Made by a program: the position numbers and the translations under genes. A stretch of 63,545 nt of DNA, filler included, from Octopus bimaculoides (taxonomy: Eukaryota), in assembly GCF_001194135.2 (NCBI RefSeq). It is 4 parts of 4 records of this genome, joined end to end, with 100 filler letters (N's around TTAATTAATTAA, not from the genome) between each part and the next. Parts side by side here need not be neighbours in the genome. Positions count along the whole stretch, not along the records: positions 35,902 to 61,853 come from NC_068984.1; positions 61,954 to 63,545 come from NC_069000.1; 2 more parts are not named here. One strand, given 5' to 3'. The notes below the pieces were generated by a model. The model did no database searches, was not told where the DNA came from, and worked only from the letters and a program-made list of their open reading frames with translations. Of this stretch, positions 60,777-63,545 are shown one piece after another (position 1 is the first letter of the stretch; each line of letters starts with the position of its first letter).

Positions 60777-61853
60777 TTTATATATTTATATTTATATATT
60801 TGATCCTTTATATTGAACACTCAATATTTCATNNNNNNNNNNNNNNNNNNNNNNNNNNNNNNNNNNNNNNNNNNNNNNNNNNNNNNNNNNNNNNNNNNNN
60901 NNNNNNNNNNNNNNNNNNNNNNNNNNNNNNNNNNNNNNNNNNNNNNNNNNNNNNNNNNNNNNNNNNNNNNNNNNNNNNNNNNNNNNNNNNNNNNNNNNNN
61001 NNNNNNNNNNNNNNNNNNNNNNNNNNNNNNNNNNNNNNNNNNNNNNNNNNNNNNNNNNNNNNNNNNNNNNNNNNNNNNNAAACATATATATATATGCATA
61101 CATACCTATATATATGCATGCAAACATATATATATATGCATATATACCTATATTTATACATGTGCATATATACATATATATATATAAGCATGTGTACATA
61201 TATATATGCATATATACATATATGCATATACATATATGTATATATGCATATATACATATATGCATATATGCATATATATATATATATATATATATATGTC
61301 AGACGGGACCTTGTTGACTGCTATGAAGCAGGAAAGTATACTATCCCCTAACCCTATATATATTTAATACTCAATATTTCATATATTCAATAAGACATTC
61401 AATACTTCATTTCATTTTACTATTTATATTATATATTCCATATTCTATATCCCACATTAATTTTATAAGAATATAAATAAAACATAAAAAACAGAGTTGG
61501 AACTCTTTTAAATAATATATTCCTCTATACACTATCATACAAACCCCTTTTTTATTTTTTATTTTTGTATATATATATATGAATATATATATATGCATAT
61601 ATATACACATACATATATACATATATATACACATATGTTAATCACATCTTTTACATTGTAAGGACCCTGATAAATACGCAAATGTCGAACGATGAAAATG
61701 AGTGCAGAACACCGCATTGAGCTCTCATAAATATATATATATTTATATTTATATATATATATATATATATATATACAAATGTATATATGTATGTATATAT
61801 ACACACTCATATACATGTACATATATATGTATGCATATATATATATATATATA

Positions 61854-61953
61854 NNNNNNNNNNNNNNNNNNNNNNNNNNNNNNNNNNNNNNNNNNNNTTA
61901 ATTAATTAANNNNNNNNNNNNNNNNNNNNNNNNNNNNNNNNNNNNNNNNNNNN
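61854..61953. other. Artificial scaffold-join spacer
   Basis: N44-TTAATTAATTAA-N44. Confidence 0.95.
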
Positions 61954-63464
61954 CATATATTTTAATAATTTAGAGAAGAACCACCATGGTGCAACTCACA
62001 CGATGAAGGAGATCAGACACCATCAAGAAAAGCGTACTATACAAAATACTAGTTTAAAAATCTAAAAAATCCAAGGGAAAATTTGTAATAGATAACATTT
62101 ATGAAATATTGCACTAAGAATTTAAATCAGTTAAGTTTAAGAAACGAAAGTGGAAGAAAGACTACGTGCGTTTCATGGCCACATAAAATTGGGAAATATC
62201 TGGTCAATCTACAATGAATCGATCAAGATAAATACCACTCATAATGAGGACACTCTTCAGGTCAAGTAACTTCAAGTATAAAAATCTATATGTATATATA
62301 TATAATGTACATACGTACGCAGGTATGTATGAATGTATAAATGCATTCATGTATGTATGTGTCCGTATGTATTATTGATTTCGTCTCAAAAGCTATACAT
62401 ATACTTGCACCTGAAAAATCGAAGACATTTTGGAAGTGAAGCATCATATTACATTTTGGTTCATCCAAATTCATCTCTAATGGAAATTCTTTGTTAACCA
62501 GTGTAATTATGATTGTGATGACGATGATAACGGAAAAGTATGGTTGATGATTGATCTGAGGAAGAGAATGACATAAAGAGTTATGACAACAGCGACGATG
62601 ATGATGATGATGATAATGAGGAGGAGGAGGAGAAAGAAGCGGGGAGAATGTGAGAGATGGATGGATGATGTTGATAGTGATGATGGTGATTATGTTGGCG
62701 GTGATAGTTGTGGTATTAACACGATGAACAACGATAATTAATATATCGATAACAGCAGCAATCTTTTAAGCAGCAATCGACAACTACGAGAAGAATAGAA
62801 GCGAAACACTAAAAACAAATAATAAACAATACATTGTGAATAAGCAACAACAGCCCCTACCTCCACCACCACCACCACACTTCGCTTCACCCCAACCAGC
62901 AACACCACAACCACCACAACAATTGCATCAACAGCAACAACAGCGTTGGGATAAACTACAAAGTCGAAGAGAAAGAGATTGAGGAAATAAGAGAGAGAAG
63001 GGGGGAGGGGAGAAAGAAAGAAGATGAAAGGGTAAAAGCGACTAAGATTAGAGATAGAGAGATGGAAAAAGAGAGAAAAGCAAGAGATAGAGAGAACTAA
63101 ACAAATGTTGCGTTCGAACTTGTAAAATTGACAAGACATAGGCCCCTGGACACACACACACACTACTAACAGCAGGGCGTGCATGCACTTGTGCACACGT
63201 ATACAAATGCAACTGTTGCTTTTATGTTAACATTTCAGTGTCGATCCGATCGTCTGTTTGTGTCTCTATTCATTAATTTCTCTATATAAAGTCTACCCGC
63301 TACGCCCACCCACTCACCTTACATATTCACTGCTACCACACACACGTATACACTTGCCATACATACATGCGTATACATATATGGGTGTGGGTGTGCGTGT
63401 GTATATATATATATATATATTTGCAGTCACATACTCAGACAATATCCACGGATATATACACGAT

Positions 63465-63499
<35 letters not shown>

Positions 63500-63545
63500 C
63501 ACACACACACACATACACACACACATGCACACACACACACACACA

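Overview
AT-rich, microsatellite-saturated eukaryotic (animal) genomic DNA from a gapped short-read assembly. The repeat families look like those of a coleoid cephalopod, probably Octopus; this is inferred from remembered SINE/MITE sequences, not a database hit. No protein-coding host gene can be confidently called, and nearly all ORFs in the track are microsatellite, N-gap or repeat artefacts. The real coding-derived sequence is all decayed transposon: two RTE-clade LINE 3' ends (5788-6210, 15530-15920), two R4/Dong-like restriction-like-endonuclease (RLE) LINE C-termini sitting in microsatellites (36580-36936, 45900-46170), and a full-length dead mariner (54846-56062) plus a deleted mariner (8872-9087). 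The rest is several modular tRNA-derived SINE families, TTAA-flanked (piggyBac-like), hAT and Tc1-type MITEs, long hairpins, minisatellites and four hammerhead-ribozyme-like motifs of Penelope type. Three 100-bp N44-TTAATTAATTAA-N44 spacers are artificial scaffold joins. Most notable: the hammerhead motifs; an RLE element flanked by (TATG)n; a repeated MITE-spacer-MITE composite; a palindromic element built around TTAGGG-like repeats; and a sharp left/right difference in CpG decay within one SINE family, which may record a methylated gene body on the left. Coordinates were read by eye and may be off by a few bases. Identity counts are manual.
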